A DNA stretch of 64,000 bases from Eledone cirrhosa (taxonomy: Eukaryota). Under the pieces are notes generated by a model. That model saw nothing but the letters and a program-made list of their open reading frames with translations. It made no database searches and had not been told where the DNA came from. The stretch spans positions 47,306,001-47,370,000 of the forward strand of contig OZ024747.1 of NCBI GenBank assembly GCA_964016885.1, in the 5' to 3' direction. Every line of letters starts with the position of its first letter. The first letter of the stretch is position 1. Shown here one piece after another: positions 14,500 to 28,395 of the stretch. The position numbers were made by a program, and so were the translations under genes.

Positions 14500-14533
<34 letters not shown>

Positions 14534-14539
14534 ATACTC

Positions 14540-14576
<37 letters not shown>

Positions 14577-14627
14577 TATATATATATATATACACATACA
14601 CATACACACACATATATATATATATAT

Positions 14628-15548
14628 TCATCTTACCAGAAGCCTAACATTATTTGTCTAAGCGGACAGTACTTGATTTAGGAGTCGCAGAAACCCAAAT
14701 GCTGGATTTTACCAACCATCCAGGGGTCCGTGTAAATTTTCAATCACATATTTTTTTATTTGTTTGACCCGAATTACTTGGTCGTTTCTATGGTTGTGCG
14801 GATGACGGTTTAACCATCGTTTCAGTGTGTTTGGCCTTTAACGTATGTTGTAGCTCTGGTTCGTCAGAATTATTGAGCGCTTGCCACACATCTCGGAAGT
14901 TGTTTTTCGCTAATTCCAAAGCCGAAATACGATTCTCGCTAATTTATATTTGTATTAATCTCCAGAGTCTAGCTATTGACCAGTTAATTTTCTTGGTTTT
15001 TTTAGTTGATTCTATTGACTGATGAATAGCTTTTGTTAACTTATAACCATTCTGTTGAGAGCTTAATTCGTTTTGTGATATTTTGCATTTTTGCAATAAT
15101 ATACACATAGTGAATTTCATCCGCCAAAAATAAGGGTTGCCTCCCTTGTCGAGCCCCACGTGGGTATCGGTAACGGCCATTCATTTGCCTGGCACTTAAA
15201 CTAAAAGCTGTTGAGAAAGTGACTTCCTTGTTAAATCATCTTACCAGAAGCCTAACATTATTTGTCTAAGCGGACAGTACTTGATTTAGGAGTCGCAGAA
15301 ACCCAAATGCTGGATTTTACCAACCATCCAGGGGTCCGGGTAAATTTTCAATCACATATTTTTTTATTTGTTTGACCCGAATTACTTGGTCGTTTTATGG
15401 TTGTGCGGATGACGGTTTAACCATCGTTTCAGTGTGTTTGGCCTTTAACGTATGTTGTAGCTCTGGTTCGTCAGAATTATTGAGCGCTTGCCACACATCT
15501 CGGAAGCTGTTTTTCGCTAATTCCAAAGCCGAAATACGATTCTCGCTA

Positions 15549-15552
<4 letters not shown>
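14628..15552. repeat. Partial tandem repeat (~315-bp direct repeats) between (TA)n tracts, pseudo-LTR-like
   Basis: 14628-14945 is nearly identical to 15237-15552, with a ~290-bp unique spacer. Confidence 0.8.
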
Positions 15553-15620
<68 letters not shown>

Positions 15621-15971
15621 ATTCTCTTCATTCTCGCATGCTCCGAAGAACTGACTGGTTATAATTTTGTATTGGCGATCGAGTAACGTGAAAATAAGCG
15701 AATAGCGATCTCTAGACCTACCAGTTCAGAGAAACAATTGTCAGCTATGAGATTAAAAACCTTTTTTGTATAGCAAACCATGTCAACCTTCTTTCCTGAT
15801 TTATTATTACTCCAAGTGTTTACAACATAGGAATTACAGCATACCCGCAGCATCACTATGAAAACGCCTTGTTGAGTCAAACCAAGCCAAGCGTTGATAT
15901 CATCCACTACCTGGAATACCATAACTGGACTATACCTAAGTGGACTGCATTTAACTATTATTTGTTACCCC

Positions 15972-15972
<1 letters not shown>
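15621..15972 (+). mobile_element. Repeat family P1, contiguous copy in microsatellite
   Basis: Contains both segments that are split and inverted at 946-1207. Confidence 0.65.
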
Positions 15973-16004
<32 letters not shown>

Positions 16005-16209
16005 CAGCGGAAGCAGCAATTATATTAAGGTTAGGAAATTGAAAGGTATGAAACAACAGAATAATGGTTGAAGTTTCACTGAAAGGAGAAACAGCACTGA
16101 ACTCAACATCTATGGTTCAAAGCAGTTTAAAACCCAATACTTTACAGGGAGACAAACCACTAAACGTTATCAGAGTAAGGAATACTATAGAGAGTGTGGG
16201 AAATGAACT

Positions 16210-16254
<45 letters not shown>

Positions 16255-16277
16255 TTGTATATATATATATATATATA

Positions 16278-16501
16278 AAAGCTTAACGACACAGGCATTG
16301 CTTAGTATCTGGAGATCTCTCTGCACTTGTCGTCACATGGTACCATGGGCCCAGCACTATGCGTCAATAATTGTCACAAGTATAGTGTTTGTACCAGAGT
16401 TTTCAAGTCGCTGGCTGGACTAAAATGTCACACTTGTTCAGCGCATCGGATACATGGATATAAAGTAGTGGCCGTACTCGAAAACGAGTTGGCAGCCACC
16501 A
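16278..16501 (+). mobile_element. RTE-type LINE 3' fragment
   Basis: Degenerate C-terminal C2H2-like finger (SVCTRVFKSLAGLKCHTCSAH), a short 3' UTR hairpin CTCGAAAACGAG, then (TA)n. Confidence 0.5.
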
Positions 16502-16578
16502 TATATATATATATATATATGTATATATATTTATTTATTTATCTGTCTGTCTTTCGTCGGCTGGAACACGTAGTAGAG

Positions 16579-16711
<133 letters not shown>

Positions 16712-16876
16712 ATTATAAGCCACGCATATATTATATTTTAACCCGACATTTTGATATGCACAATCGCAGCCGGTTGCTTTCAGCTACTTCCGTGTTTAAA
16801 ATTCCTACAATTTTATGAAAATTCCTCCTGCATATATAGGATATATATATATCCTGCATATACAGGATATATATAT

Positions 16877-17200
16877 TGTTATACTTTCGGAAGGTCATGC
16901 TGCCAATAAAAACACACGCATCTGTTGGTTTTCACTTCAATTTATTATAAATTTCTGGCTGGCTGGTTGGTTGGTTCGATAACTGGATGCCTGTTTATAT
17001 ATTGCCAAAGCTCTTTCGTCACACATTCTGTCACCTCCTCAGTGACCTCCTTTGTTCTGACCTACACCATCTTGTAACTAGTTCGCCTGTAGGGGTTGTA
17101 TTGACGAACATTACACTCAGGTATTTATTGCTATCATACCATGAGTTTATTTTATTTGCCTTATTCCTAATCATTTCTATTCTGTTTTGCTCCTAAACAC
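16877..17200 (-). mobile_element. P6 PLE mosaic fragment
   Basis: 16877-17050 is the reverse complement of ~11890-12080, and 17090-17200 is the reverse complement of ~11060-11175. Confidence 0.75.
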
Positions 17201-17984
17201 AGGTTTAAAGAAAAGCGACAACAAAAATAGCAAGAGAAATTGCAAGTGTTGTTAGAAATACAGTGACACCATCACTGTGAAAAGTGTCAAAATCTTGAAC
17301 AAAAGCGACACCAGATGTCGCAACAACAGCTACAACTACTACTACAACAACAAAAACAATATCAACTACAACAGAAACAGCAGCAAATAAAACCACAAAC
17401 ATCTACCACTGCAACAGTAGCAACATAAGAACATGAAAAACAAACAAATACCCGCAATATTAACAATAACTAACTACAAGGTAAAATAACAAATCAACAG
17501 CAACAATAAAAATAACAGCAGATTTAAAATAAACAATAGCGATGATACTGACAACAAAAACAGCTAAGTCATTAATAGCGTTAAGTAGTTCAAATCACCT
17601 TCATCATAATCCGCCATAACATTTTAAAATGGCGTTCTAATTGCCATCCATTCCAATTTGAGGAACAGGTAAGTGTATTTCCGATGTTATCAGATGACGA
17701 AGTGATGATATAAATATGTTATTTCACAGTAAATAGCACTTTTTTAATTTGTTTATTTGTTTAGTGATTTTGTTGTTGTTGTTTTTTTTTTGTTGTTGTT
17801 GCCGTTCATTTTTTTTGTTTTTGTTTTTTGTTTTGTATTTTTCAGGGTATGTTTAAATGTATTTATGTTTAAATGTTGTGCTTTTGTTTATGTTATTTAT
17901 TTTTTACTGTTAATTTTTGTTAATGTTGCCAAGCTTCAATAGATTCGGCAAATACTTTATCTCCTAAAGACACACTGAAATATA

Positions 17985-18049
<65 letters not shown>

Positions 18050-18301
18050 ATGTGTGTATGTGTGTATGTGTGTGTATCATCTGTGTATGTGTGTGTACTT
18101 ATAATTATATATTTGTCTATTTGGAGTGAGTACCATACGTAAGTCAGTATTTAAACATGTTTTATATTCGTAAACCTGACAGATGTATGCAACACATGGT
18201 GCACAAATATATAACAAACATTTACATATACACACTCCTATAAAAATGTTAACAAACACATATTTAAGAGTATGTTTTCATATATGTACGTAAGTATCTA
18301 A

Positions 18302-18341
<40 letters not shown>

Positions 18342-18456
18342 TGTCAATATATCAATATGCGTGTGTGTAGTTGTGTGTTAGTCTGTATCAGTGAACATAT
18401 ATGAGACAGTTAATATGGTTGAGCTTGAGTATATATATCTATATATATATATATAT

Positions 18457-18655
18457 AACGAAGGAAATGTGGTAAGGAACCAGGTGGACCATAACGCACC
18501 AAAGTACTCAATACTTAGGGTAGTAGAGTGGGTAATAGGAACGAGTAGGACCCCGACGGCTGAGCTCAAGCCGTTTCGACGGCTAATTCTGGACTAAAAA
18601 GTCCAGAATTAGCCGTCGAAACGGCTTGAGCTCAGCCGCCGGGCTCCTACTCGTT

Positions 18656-18660
<5 letters not shown>
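18457..18660. mobile_element. P2 hairpin element in (TA)n
   Basis: Same tail and inverted repeat as 4164-4356, with a different loop junction. Confidence 0.85.
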
Positions 18661-18732
<72 letters not shown>

Positions 18733-18991
18733 GTGTGTGTGTATTTATGAGTGTACATATGTACAGCATGTGTGTGTAGGTTTGAATATATTAGCTACTA
18801 CGTATCTTTATGTGTGCAGATGTATGCTTGGTTGCTTGTCAATGCCTTCATATATGCGTACTGTGTATACAAGCGTATATGTCAATATTTAAGTGCATAT
18901 AAGTGTAATTCTGTGTGTATACATACATACATACATACATGCATACATACATACATACATACATACATGCGTGCATACGTATGTAAATATG

Positions 18992-19122
<131 letters not shown>

Positions 19123-19729
19123 GCGTGTGTGTGTGTGTATTTGCACTTGTCACTATGTTTGTGTACTTCCCTCATATTCATGTCAGAACATGCGTTGTTT
19201 TATTTTAGTTTTTAGTTTTAAGTTGTTGTTGTTATTGTTGTTGTTTTCGTTGTAGTTTCGGTTTGTTTGTTTGTTTTTTTTAAATAAAACTTGTAGATAG
19301 AAATAAAAGCAATGCAAAAATATATAGACACGAAGTTATAAAACAGAATGAATACTATTCATGTTGTCACATAGATAGAACTATGTCTCACTAAAAAGTG
19401 TCTTACACAGATTTGCATATCTAGTAAACCGTTAGGAATTTTGGCTTTGTTTTTATTTGTTTTCCGTTTTTTTTTTTTTTTCATTGACCATATTGTTGGT
19501 GGAGGGTGTACATTGATGCTTCTGCTGGGGGGGGGGGGCTTGTGGTTATGGTGGTAATCCTGGAGGACCTTGGTGGTGGTGGAGGTTATGTGTCTGCTAT
19601 TGCGAGGGATTTTTTTTTATATTTTATATATTCATGTTACTGCTGTTGTAATTAACCAATGAATCATTCAATCGATGAAATCAACCAACCAACCAATCAA
19701 TCAGCTAGCCAACTATCCAGTGAAGATTG

Positions 19730-20042
19730 TGTTGAACCTTAGTCAGTTCCGACGAGTGTTCTAGTTTTTTTAACAACAGAACATCCTGCACGTAAAACTA
19801 ATGAGCAAGGGTCTAAGCATTCCACAGACATTGGCACCCTTAAATTAGTTTTCAGGGAGATTCAACGTGATACAGTGTGTAACAAGGCTCCGTCCTTTGA
19901 ACCTCAAGTACAACTTATTTTTGCCACCTATATGTACTGGAGTAACATGAATCAGTGTCTTGTTCAAGGAGGCAGTGCGCCGCTGGGAATCGACTTCACA
20001 ACTTTACTATCATACGCCGAACACCCTCAGCCACACAGCTAC
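19730..20042 (-). mobile_element. Old tRNA-derived SINE (family S3)
   Basis: Minus strand has a tRNA-like head (GTAGCTGTGTGGCTGAG..GTCGATTCCC) followed by CCTTGAACAAGACACT. Related to 21640-21860. Confidence 0.6.
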
Positions 20043-20074
20043 ATAAACCAACATATCATTCAATCAATTAAATC

Positions 20075-20342
20075 AATCAATCAGCCAGCCAACCAGCCAA
20101 CAAACTCATCGGCCATCCAGCCAGCCAACCAGCCAACAAACTCATCGGCCATCCAGCCAGCCAACCAGCCAACAAACTCATCTGCCAGCCAGCCAGCCAA
20201 TCAATCAACCAACAAACTCATCAGCCAGCCAACCAACCAATTAATGAACCAGCCAGCCAGCCAACAAACTCATCAGCCAGCCAGCCAACCAATTAATGAA
20301 CCAGCCAGCCAGCCAACCAATTAATGAACCAGCCAGCCAACC
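20075..20342. repeat. CCAG/CCAA-based minisatellite (36-bp unit x3, then variants)
   Basis: CAGCCAGCCAACCAGCCAACAAACTCATCGGCCATC repeats. Confidence 0.85.
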
Positions 20343-20885
20343 GACAGAAACAAGAAACAAACATACAACCAAACACAGTCATTAAAAAATAGTTTACATT
20401 AAATTAAGCGAAAAAAAAAGATTTTTTTTTAATAGAAACAGAAGTAAACAAGAAAAATAGAAAAAAATGCAAAATAGAAAAAAAAACAACACAGGAATTT
20501 AAACAGGAAGTCGTCTAAATTTATTGTCTCCATTAAATATCTTCCTCCATTGATGTCGGGTCTACAAGGTTTTCAAAATATCTATACTTGCCATAGACAC
20601 CTACAGAACTGTGACTTCATTATTATTTAATATTATCGTTCATCTCTATGCTTACTACCACTACCACTACTACTACTACAGTTATTGTTATTGTTGTTGT
20701 TGTTGTTGATATATTTCTCTTTATATTTTATCATCATGATCATCATCAGTTTTTTTTATTATAACTATTATTATTACTATAATTACATTAATATTGTTAT
20801 ATATGTTTATCACGATAATTATCAATAAATATCGCTCCTAATATCATTAGTATTGTTGTCATTATTATCACGATGATTATATTAA

Positions 20886-21085
20886 GGTCGGTGGATTGGC
20901 AGTATCGGTAGAGGGTCGGACGCCGTGCTTTGACGCATAGAGTTACGGCCCTTTCCATTCTGAGTTCAAATCCCGCCGAGGTCAACTTTGCTTTTCATCC
21001 TTACGGGATCGATAAAATAAAGTACCAGTAATGCACTGGGGGTAATTGCTGGCCTTGTGCCTAAAGTAGAAACAATTATTATCAC
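20886..21085 (+). mobile_element. SINE S1
   Basis: A-box, B-box, core and GAAACAATTATT tail. Confidence 0.9.
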
Positions 21086-21112
21086 GATTATTGTTGTCAT
21101 TATGATCACAAT

Positions 21113-21285
21113 GGCGGTGGATTGGCAGTATCGGTAGAGGGTCGGACGCCACGCTTTGAAGCATAGAGTTACCTCCCTTTATGATCTGAGTTCAAATCTC
21201 GCCTTACGGGGTCGATAAAATAAAGTACCAGTAATGCACTGGGGTAATTGCTGGCCTTGTGCCAAACGTAGAAACAATTATTATC
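21113..21285 (+). mobile_element. SINE S1 tandem copy with an internal deletion
   Basis: As 20886-21085 but lacking ~25 bp after the B-box. Confidence 0.85.
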
Positions 21286-21639
21286 ACGATTATTGATACT
21301 ACTACTACCAATACTACAGTTATTGCTTATATTATCATCATTTATTTATCTATGTTTGGCAGTCGATGATTCAGCGATCTATTAAATTATATTTCACCTG
21401 CTGCTCAGATCGTCTAATCTGCTAGCCATTTCATTTAATTTCAATCACATGTTTTATATAGACAAAAAAACAAACACACAATAATAAAAGCGTAGAAAAG
21501 CGTCTACTCCGATGGTCACATGATGAGCAGTGATTGATAATTAGGAAGGAATGGACCTGCGTCAAATTAGACGATCAGTTTTCTAGTTATACGACCAATG
21601 AGACAGCCTACTCTTGAGTTAATGTGTAAGTCTCTGAGA

Positions 21640-21860
21640 ATTCCTCAGACTCACGAACTCGGAAAGTAATTCTCATGGAGATTTAGTGTAACACGAGTAT
21701 CAAGGTTCTCTTTTGAATTACAGGTAGAGTCCATGCGACAGGCTTCTAACCAATTTCGTGGAAGCTATAGAAAGTGACACTTGCACAAGATGTTACGTAG
21801 TTGGATCTAACCCGAGACCTAATGATTGCGAAGCAAACGTCTTAACTCTTCGACCATACT
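21640..21860 (-). mobile_element. Degenerate SINE (S3-like)
   Basis: tRNA-like head on the minus strand and similarity to 19850-20040. Confidence 0.45.
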
Positions 21861-21913
21861 TCATCTACTGATGTTAATTACAAAGAATTGTAATAAGAAA
21901 GAGCTCTCTGCAC

Positions 21914-22006
<93 letters not shown>

Positions 22007-22081
22007 GGAAAAGAGTCAGGACCCCGACGGCTGAGCTCCGGCCGTTTAGACAGCTAGATCCGAACAATATATATATATATA

Positions 22082-22161
22082 CAGGATGTCCCACAAAAAT
22101 GTATACACGCTTCAACAGCATTCTAATCAAAGTGTGTATACACTTTTTGGGGGCCACCTTG
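22082..22161. mobile_element. 80-bp Tc1/mariner-type MITE in (TA)n
   Basis: TIRs CAGGATGTCCCACAAAAATGTATACAC and GTGTATACACTTTTTGGGGCCACCTTG, with TA on the left flank. Confidence 0.7.
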
Positions 22162-22248
22162 CATATATATATATATATATATATTTATACTCTGCTATGT
22201 ATTGAGTACCTTACTTACTGTGGTTACCCCCAATTCAACCCGGAATAA

Positions 22249-22299
<51 letters not shown>

Positions 22300-23334
22300 T
22301 TTACGTATCGAGAAAGAGAGAAAAAGGAGGGATAGGTGATACATATAGTTATTTGCCAAGTAGCGTATGCCAAAGGTGCTCGATACTAGTGCCGGCAGTA
22401 TTAAATATTCGAAGTGTTAATATTTAGTGGGCTAGAGAGTTAGCAGAGCGTAAGCACGTGGGAAAGTAAAAAATCGGAGAATAGACCGTTAAAACATGTT
22501 TATTTAAAATACTCAGCCACATAAGAGTAGATCGCTACGTTGATATATATATATATATATATATCAACGTTGATGATATATATATATATATATATATCAA
22601 CGTAGCGATCTACTCTTATGTGGCTGGCTGAGTATTCCACTAATACATTTAGGAGGAGATTTGGTATAATTTAGTTTGTGAGAAGACTGTCCCTTTGCAT
22701 TACAGTCCATTCTGTAGACTCCGACAGTTTCTATCTACTCCAAAAGATTGATTGGACCTATGGATCAAGCCGGGTGCGGAATACTATGTGAAGCAAATTT
22801 CATACCCGGCTATGTTGCATCCAACAACACCAATATGTACTATAAATAGAAATAACAAAAATGGCAACGAATTTCTCAACGCGAATCAGTGAATCTCTGC
22901 TAAAGTGGGTAAAATCTTAAATTAGTCGTGAGAATATATCTTCCGTATAACAAATTCTAAATAAGCTAATTAAAACATTTGTATATTTACACGTAATAGA
23001 AAATGATAGAATCTCTTCTCACTTTGTAATAATGCTTGTCACATTCCTCAATCGTTGAGAGATTGTTAGTCGAAAGTTGATGTTTTCTAATTGTAATCCA
23101 TTCAAATACAATATCAAACAATCAAGTGTTTATATAAATGGAGTTTTGAGTGACAGGAACAGTAGAAGTGTTGATTTAAATTCCATTTCATGTTTAGTTA
23201 TGTTTATTTATATAGAGTCAGAGTCAACTATGTCTTTTCACCCTTCCTCGTGTCGATAAAATAAAATCACTTACCGGATATAGATCTTATCGATTCTCTT
23301 ACCCCCCACCTACATAACAATAGAATTAACATAC

Positions 23335-24085
23335 TCAATCAGGGTTAACTGCTATGCTTCTGAGGACTATAAACGAGGTATCAGTCAAAGCGTCACCGTT
23401 GTGGTGTCGAGCTTGAAACATATCGAAGCGATTGGCACAACTCTAAGAGAATACGTGGTGATGACAAGATTAACCAAGAAAAGTCGGTGGGCTCGCGCCT
23501 CGGCACCTGGAGAGGTAGGTCTATATCGTCCAACAGCGACCTCGGGCGCTGGACGGACGGGCCGGTTAAATTGCTTGGAGTCTTCTTTGTTCCGGGCCTC
23601 CAGACGGACAAAAACTATTATGAGGTGACGAGCAGGGTGGCCTCTCTCACTCAGAAACGGGCCGAAAGATCGAGTGGAGGTGGCGAACGCGTACATCGCG
23701 TCCGTCATATACTAATTCCTGGCTGTCGTGCTTTGTCTTAAGCCTCACCTGACTGCACTAGAGCGTTTGCTCTTTCAATTTTTGTGGAAGGGCCGCGCTC
23801 TGATGGTCAAGCGGTCCATCTACTGTAAACACCCGCTGCGTATAGGATTGATTGGGCATGCTGTAGCGGCTAATGGATGCGCAGACATGTGCTGAGTCTA
23901 CGACATATCCAGATTTTCCACGACGGTGAACAGCTGTAGTCGCCTTTGGCTAGGCACATTTTTACCCACCATGTCTCCTTGACAGAACTCAGCCTTGGTT
24001 CAAGCGGAGACCGAGAGGGAGCGCTTGAAAACTGGAATGTCTTCAAGCACTCACTGCCCTTTGCCAATCAGGCATTGATTTTGTA
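23335..24085 (+). pseudogene. Degenerate Tx1-clade ORF2 fragment
   Basis: Translates to KINQEKSVGSRLGTWRGR..RWTDGPVKLLGVFF..EVANAYIASVIY, homologous to the post-YADD region of the 1153-aa ORFs. Frameshifted. Confidence 0.85.
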
Positions 24086-24100
24086 ATGCCGACATATTAC

Positions 24101-24858
24101 CTAGCATAGATATTGGCCAACTCTGTCATGTCTATATTGGTATTCTACTGGTGCTAAAACTTTACATCCAGAGACTAAGTGATCCACTGTTTCAACCCCA
24201 GCATTGCAGAATCGGCACTTTGGGTTTATTCCGTTTCTCATCACATTGGCCTGGTAATTACGAGTCAATAGGCTTTGATCTTGAGCAGCTAAGATGAAGC
24301 TTTCACTCTCCGCCTTTAGCCCTGAACTACGCAGCCACTGATGGGTGTGCTTTTGGTCAACATCAGCTTGTTTTCTACGAGCCACATATTTGCCATGTAG
24401 AGGTTTCTGCTCCCAATTTGATGCTAATTGTCCTTGCCCATTTGCTTTTGCCAGTGATTTTATGTGCCTAGCAGCATCAGTTGCAACAGTTTCTTTAGTC
24501 TGTCCAGCCTGGGTATCAAGCATGAGATCAGTAGCATATTTTTTGCTCTCCTTCAAGATAGAATGAAGCTTCTTACTTCTGTCATGCTTTTCAACAAGTT
24601 TCAGCATACAGTCGTTAGTTGTTTCAAGGTATTTGGCCAGTCCTATAATGGTGGTCTTGTAAGCAAGTTCAAATTGGATCAGGCCACGGCCTCCTTGAGT
24701 TCTAGGAAGGTAAAGACGGTCCACATCTGCTTTTGGGTGGTGCATCCTATTACAGGGACTTTGATGTCGATTCTTTTGATTTCACTCATATTCCAGTTCA
24801 ACACACCGAAGCTATAAGTGACAACTCGGACTGCCAAGGAATTTATGGCTAGCTCTTT
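24101..24858 (-). pseudogene. R4/Dong-clade non-LTR retrotransposon fragment (post-RT and CCHC finger)
   Basis: AINSLAV.VVTYSFG, HHPKADVDRLYLPRTQGGRGL, AAQDQ, CRFC..ETVDHLVSGC..RHD. The 5' end abuts (TAA)n at 24860-24878. Confidence 0.85.
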
Positions 24859-24878
24859 GTTATTATTATTATTATTAT

Positions 24879-25565
24879 AGTTGCATTTATCTTGCTTTAT
24901 GTGCATACGAGTTATCACCAAGTCACAACCAGTGACCTCAAGAGACAACAAGGTCCGCCATGTTCAAGAAAGAACATACATACACATGCATCTTTAGGTG
25001 TTTAGACTTGTGATGTACTTATATTGACAGAATCTTCCTTAGTATATGGGCAGTTCTCATTAGTACTATCTTTTGTATTTCTCCTATACGCGGGTTTCCT
25101 GGGATTTGCGATAAGTAATCATTAGACCCCTTAGGTATCATTCCTAGAGCGCCTACAACCACTGGTATTGTTTTAGTTCTCAATTTCCACATTTTTCCAA
25201 TTTCTATCTCCAGGTCCTTATACTTGCTCAATTTTTCAAATGTTTTTGTAGATACATTCTTGTCTATTGGAACGGACATATCAATTAGCAGGCATACCCT
25301 CTTTTTAAAGTCCTTCAGTATTATATCAGGTTTATTTGCATCTATTTTTCGGTCTCTTTTGGATGCTAAAGTTCCACAAGATTGAGATGTGATCTTTTTC
25401 AAGTATGGGAGGTGGTTGATGCTCCCACCAATTCTTTTGATGGGGCAGGTCAAAATGCTTACACATTATCTAATGTAAGTATTGTGCAGCTCTGTCATGC
25501 CTGTTTAGGTATTCGGTTGGAGCTATAGGACTGCACATTGAAATTAAATGATCAATGGTCTCTGG

Positions 25566-25570
<5 letters not shown>
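24879..25570 (-). mobile_element. R4/Dong-clade LINE 3' part with restriction-like endonuclease, 5'-truncated, in (TAA)n
   Basis: ORF 25019-25453 has NKPDIILKD..LLIDMSVP..EKLSKYKDL..IPVVVGALG (PD-D/ExK-type RLE). ~140-bp 3' UTR. TAA repeats on both sides (24860-24878, 25571-25626). Confidence 0.88.
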
Positions 25571-25626
<56 letters not shown>

Positions 25627-26289
25627 GTTGTTGTTGTTGTTATCAAAACTCTTTACATTAATTCATTTAATGTGTTAGTCATATAAATAAACAAAAAAAA
25701 ACCTGTTTATTCACAAGTTATCTCACATTAAATGTTCTAATGCTTCTTAGAGGAAATAACTGAATATCACCTAAAACTATTTTTTCAATAGTTGTTTCAT
25801 ATAGTATTTTATTCACACCCATTATATATTTTTTTCAAGTATGATTTATGAAGCTCCAGATATACATTAACAAAATTAATATTGTCATAAATGTGAAAAC
25901 GTTAAACGTAAAATTTGAAAATTGATTGTGTATGTTAAAAAGGTACAACTATTCTAGCAATGTGGTCTAAATGACAAAGACAAAAAAAGCATTTATTGAA
26001 AGAACATAGTTTTTATATTACGTTTGAATTAATTTTTTTTTATTAGACTTTTCGCAGTTAAATATCTCATGCAAAATAAGCATAAAAACATAAATAATGA
26101 GATATGTAAATAAATAGATGGATACATATGTACACACTTACATACATTTAATGAAAAATAGACATACATACAGACAAACAGATTGATCGATCGATTGATA
26201 AATTGATACATATTCATCGATTGTTCGATCAACATATAGATATCTTCCCAATAATGCCATCAATACATATAACACAAATCTTATTACTT

Positions 26290-27600
26290 ATCATGCTATT
26301 AACTTAAAAGCAAAATAAATTACTAGCAATCTAAAAATACTTGTTAGTGTAAAGAAATTAAAGTTACGTGAATCATATATAATTTCTAAAGATCATAAAG
26401 ATAATTTTCTTGACGAACCTCAAATTTGGATTAATATATCCGGTAAAAAGTGAGATAGGTATGGTAAGAATTATTTAAAATCTACGATTTTTAACATTAC
26501 AGTGATCACTTCTCTTTCATTGTCGAGTAATCTATCAGTTATCAAGAGGTTTAATAATATGATGTTCAATAGATTAGAATTCTAGCCGTCTGTTACTAAC
26601 TGAAACTTATTGAAATGTTTTAAGGTTCTTTATAAGCTTTATTCCAAGTAGTGATTCTGACATTAAAATTATTATATCATGATAATGTGTTTCGTGTCAA
26701 ATGTAGTAGTAGTTAAAGGTTATTTTGTGCAGCCATAGGATTGTGTGACGGAGCTGTGATTTGTGAATATAAGAATTGTACATCTAATACATACTTCAGA
26801 AGCGATTATGCTATCCAGATGCCGGTCTTTGTCCTAATAATGGATTATTGATAAAGTATGATAAGGGTAGCCATACAATGGAGCCTGTTAGAAAGGAGTT
26901 TAACATGTTCAAACAGTTAAATTTAGACATCGTAGTAGATACAAATCTAAGTATAGTTAAGTTATCAGATAAAACTTTAGATTTATGTATTGGTAGATAC
27001 GGTTAGTTTAGTAAAGGTAATTGCCGAATATTAATATAAATTGCAACCATTCCTTACTAATCCTTAGAAACTTAGTTAATAATATTAGAAGGCGGTTATC
27101 CAGCTTTCCTTTGACGATTAATTCTTTAACCGTGATGTTCGGTATTACTATGACACATTACAACAACACTAATACTGACAAACACAAAAATAGGAACCAA
27201 AATCGTATAATCCTCCATATACTTCATTCTAGGTTGACAGGATTTTCCTAATCCTTATGAATAAATATTTCTATGTTGACCATATATATAATTGCTGCTT
27301 ACTTAGCCAGAATAAACTGAAAAGTAATGTCTGCTAAGAACACACAAATCTCTTCCGCTTTATGTAATTACAATAACCCTAATATCTGCCATGTTTCCGA
27401 CATATGTCTTTCTCAAGCATTACTTAATTGAGTTGAGGTCTCTATTGCGAAGAAGAGGGCAATAAAAACTTATACAAGACTTATTAAATTACTTCTTTTT
27501 TTAATGTGTACAACATATGTACATATTCAGACACTATGACTTTATCTAACTATATATACAGATTAAAGGATAATAATACTAATAATTATGAAATCAATTG
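26290..27600 (+). pseudogene. Highly decayed PLE reverse transcriptase
   Basis: Remnant peptides KDHKDNF, KSEIG, AIGLCDGAVICE, FKQLNLDIVVDTNLSIVK..TLDL and NH..ILRNL..IRRRLS. Many stops. Confidence 0.65.
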
Positions 27601-28395
27601 AGTTATTTTGCAACTCCCGTTCAAATACATAAATGGTTCTAGATGTGATCTTTCCATTGATATATATTGAGAAGATTTTGAAATAACTTCTTAAAATAGT
27701 TTATTTAACATATAATGGACTTGGCATGCCTAGAAAGATGGTCACACATTAAAATAATATTCCGTTTCAAACCAACACAGTATCCACTTTAATTATTTTT
27801 GTCTGTGTGCTTTACATATATGAAAATAAAGACATGAAATTATACAGGCTTTTGCTTCTAGATAGAGAAATATATCGCGTGCACATCGTATAATTGAATA
27901 GATGAATGAGTGTCGCATTTTCTAATATTTTTCTGAAAACTATCCACATTTCGTTTACTAATCATGTTTCCATGTATAGTTTTAATAGTTTTACATATAT
28001 GTTGTCACGCATATTATTGGCCATACTATGTTAGTACTCCTGCTAATTAATACTAGACAGTCAGGTTAGTACTATATGCAAATGTGCACCTCCAACCAAT
28101 GTTATATTTGCACTATATGGAAGTGAGCATCTCCGGTCGATGTTTCATGCTAAATCAAAAAGCATATAAGCTATAAGTTTATTCTTGTTTCAGTATCGAA
28201 TGAGTAAATGTCACCGATGACGAATAAAAATGCAGAAATATGTGACTTTCTCATAGCGTTACTGAAATATCTGTGAAATGATCCCAAATTAAAACAGTCA
28301 TAGCGAGACACTTGTATTATTACGTACATGGAATTGACCGTTCAAAACTATAAGTTGAGATACAATTCCTATGCTATTATAATTCACTATGTTAG

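Noticed and set aside
20886-20975. Possible tRNA gene from the A and B boxes
   Set aside because: It is the head of a multi-copy SINE with no cloverleaf.
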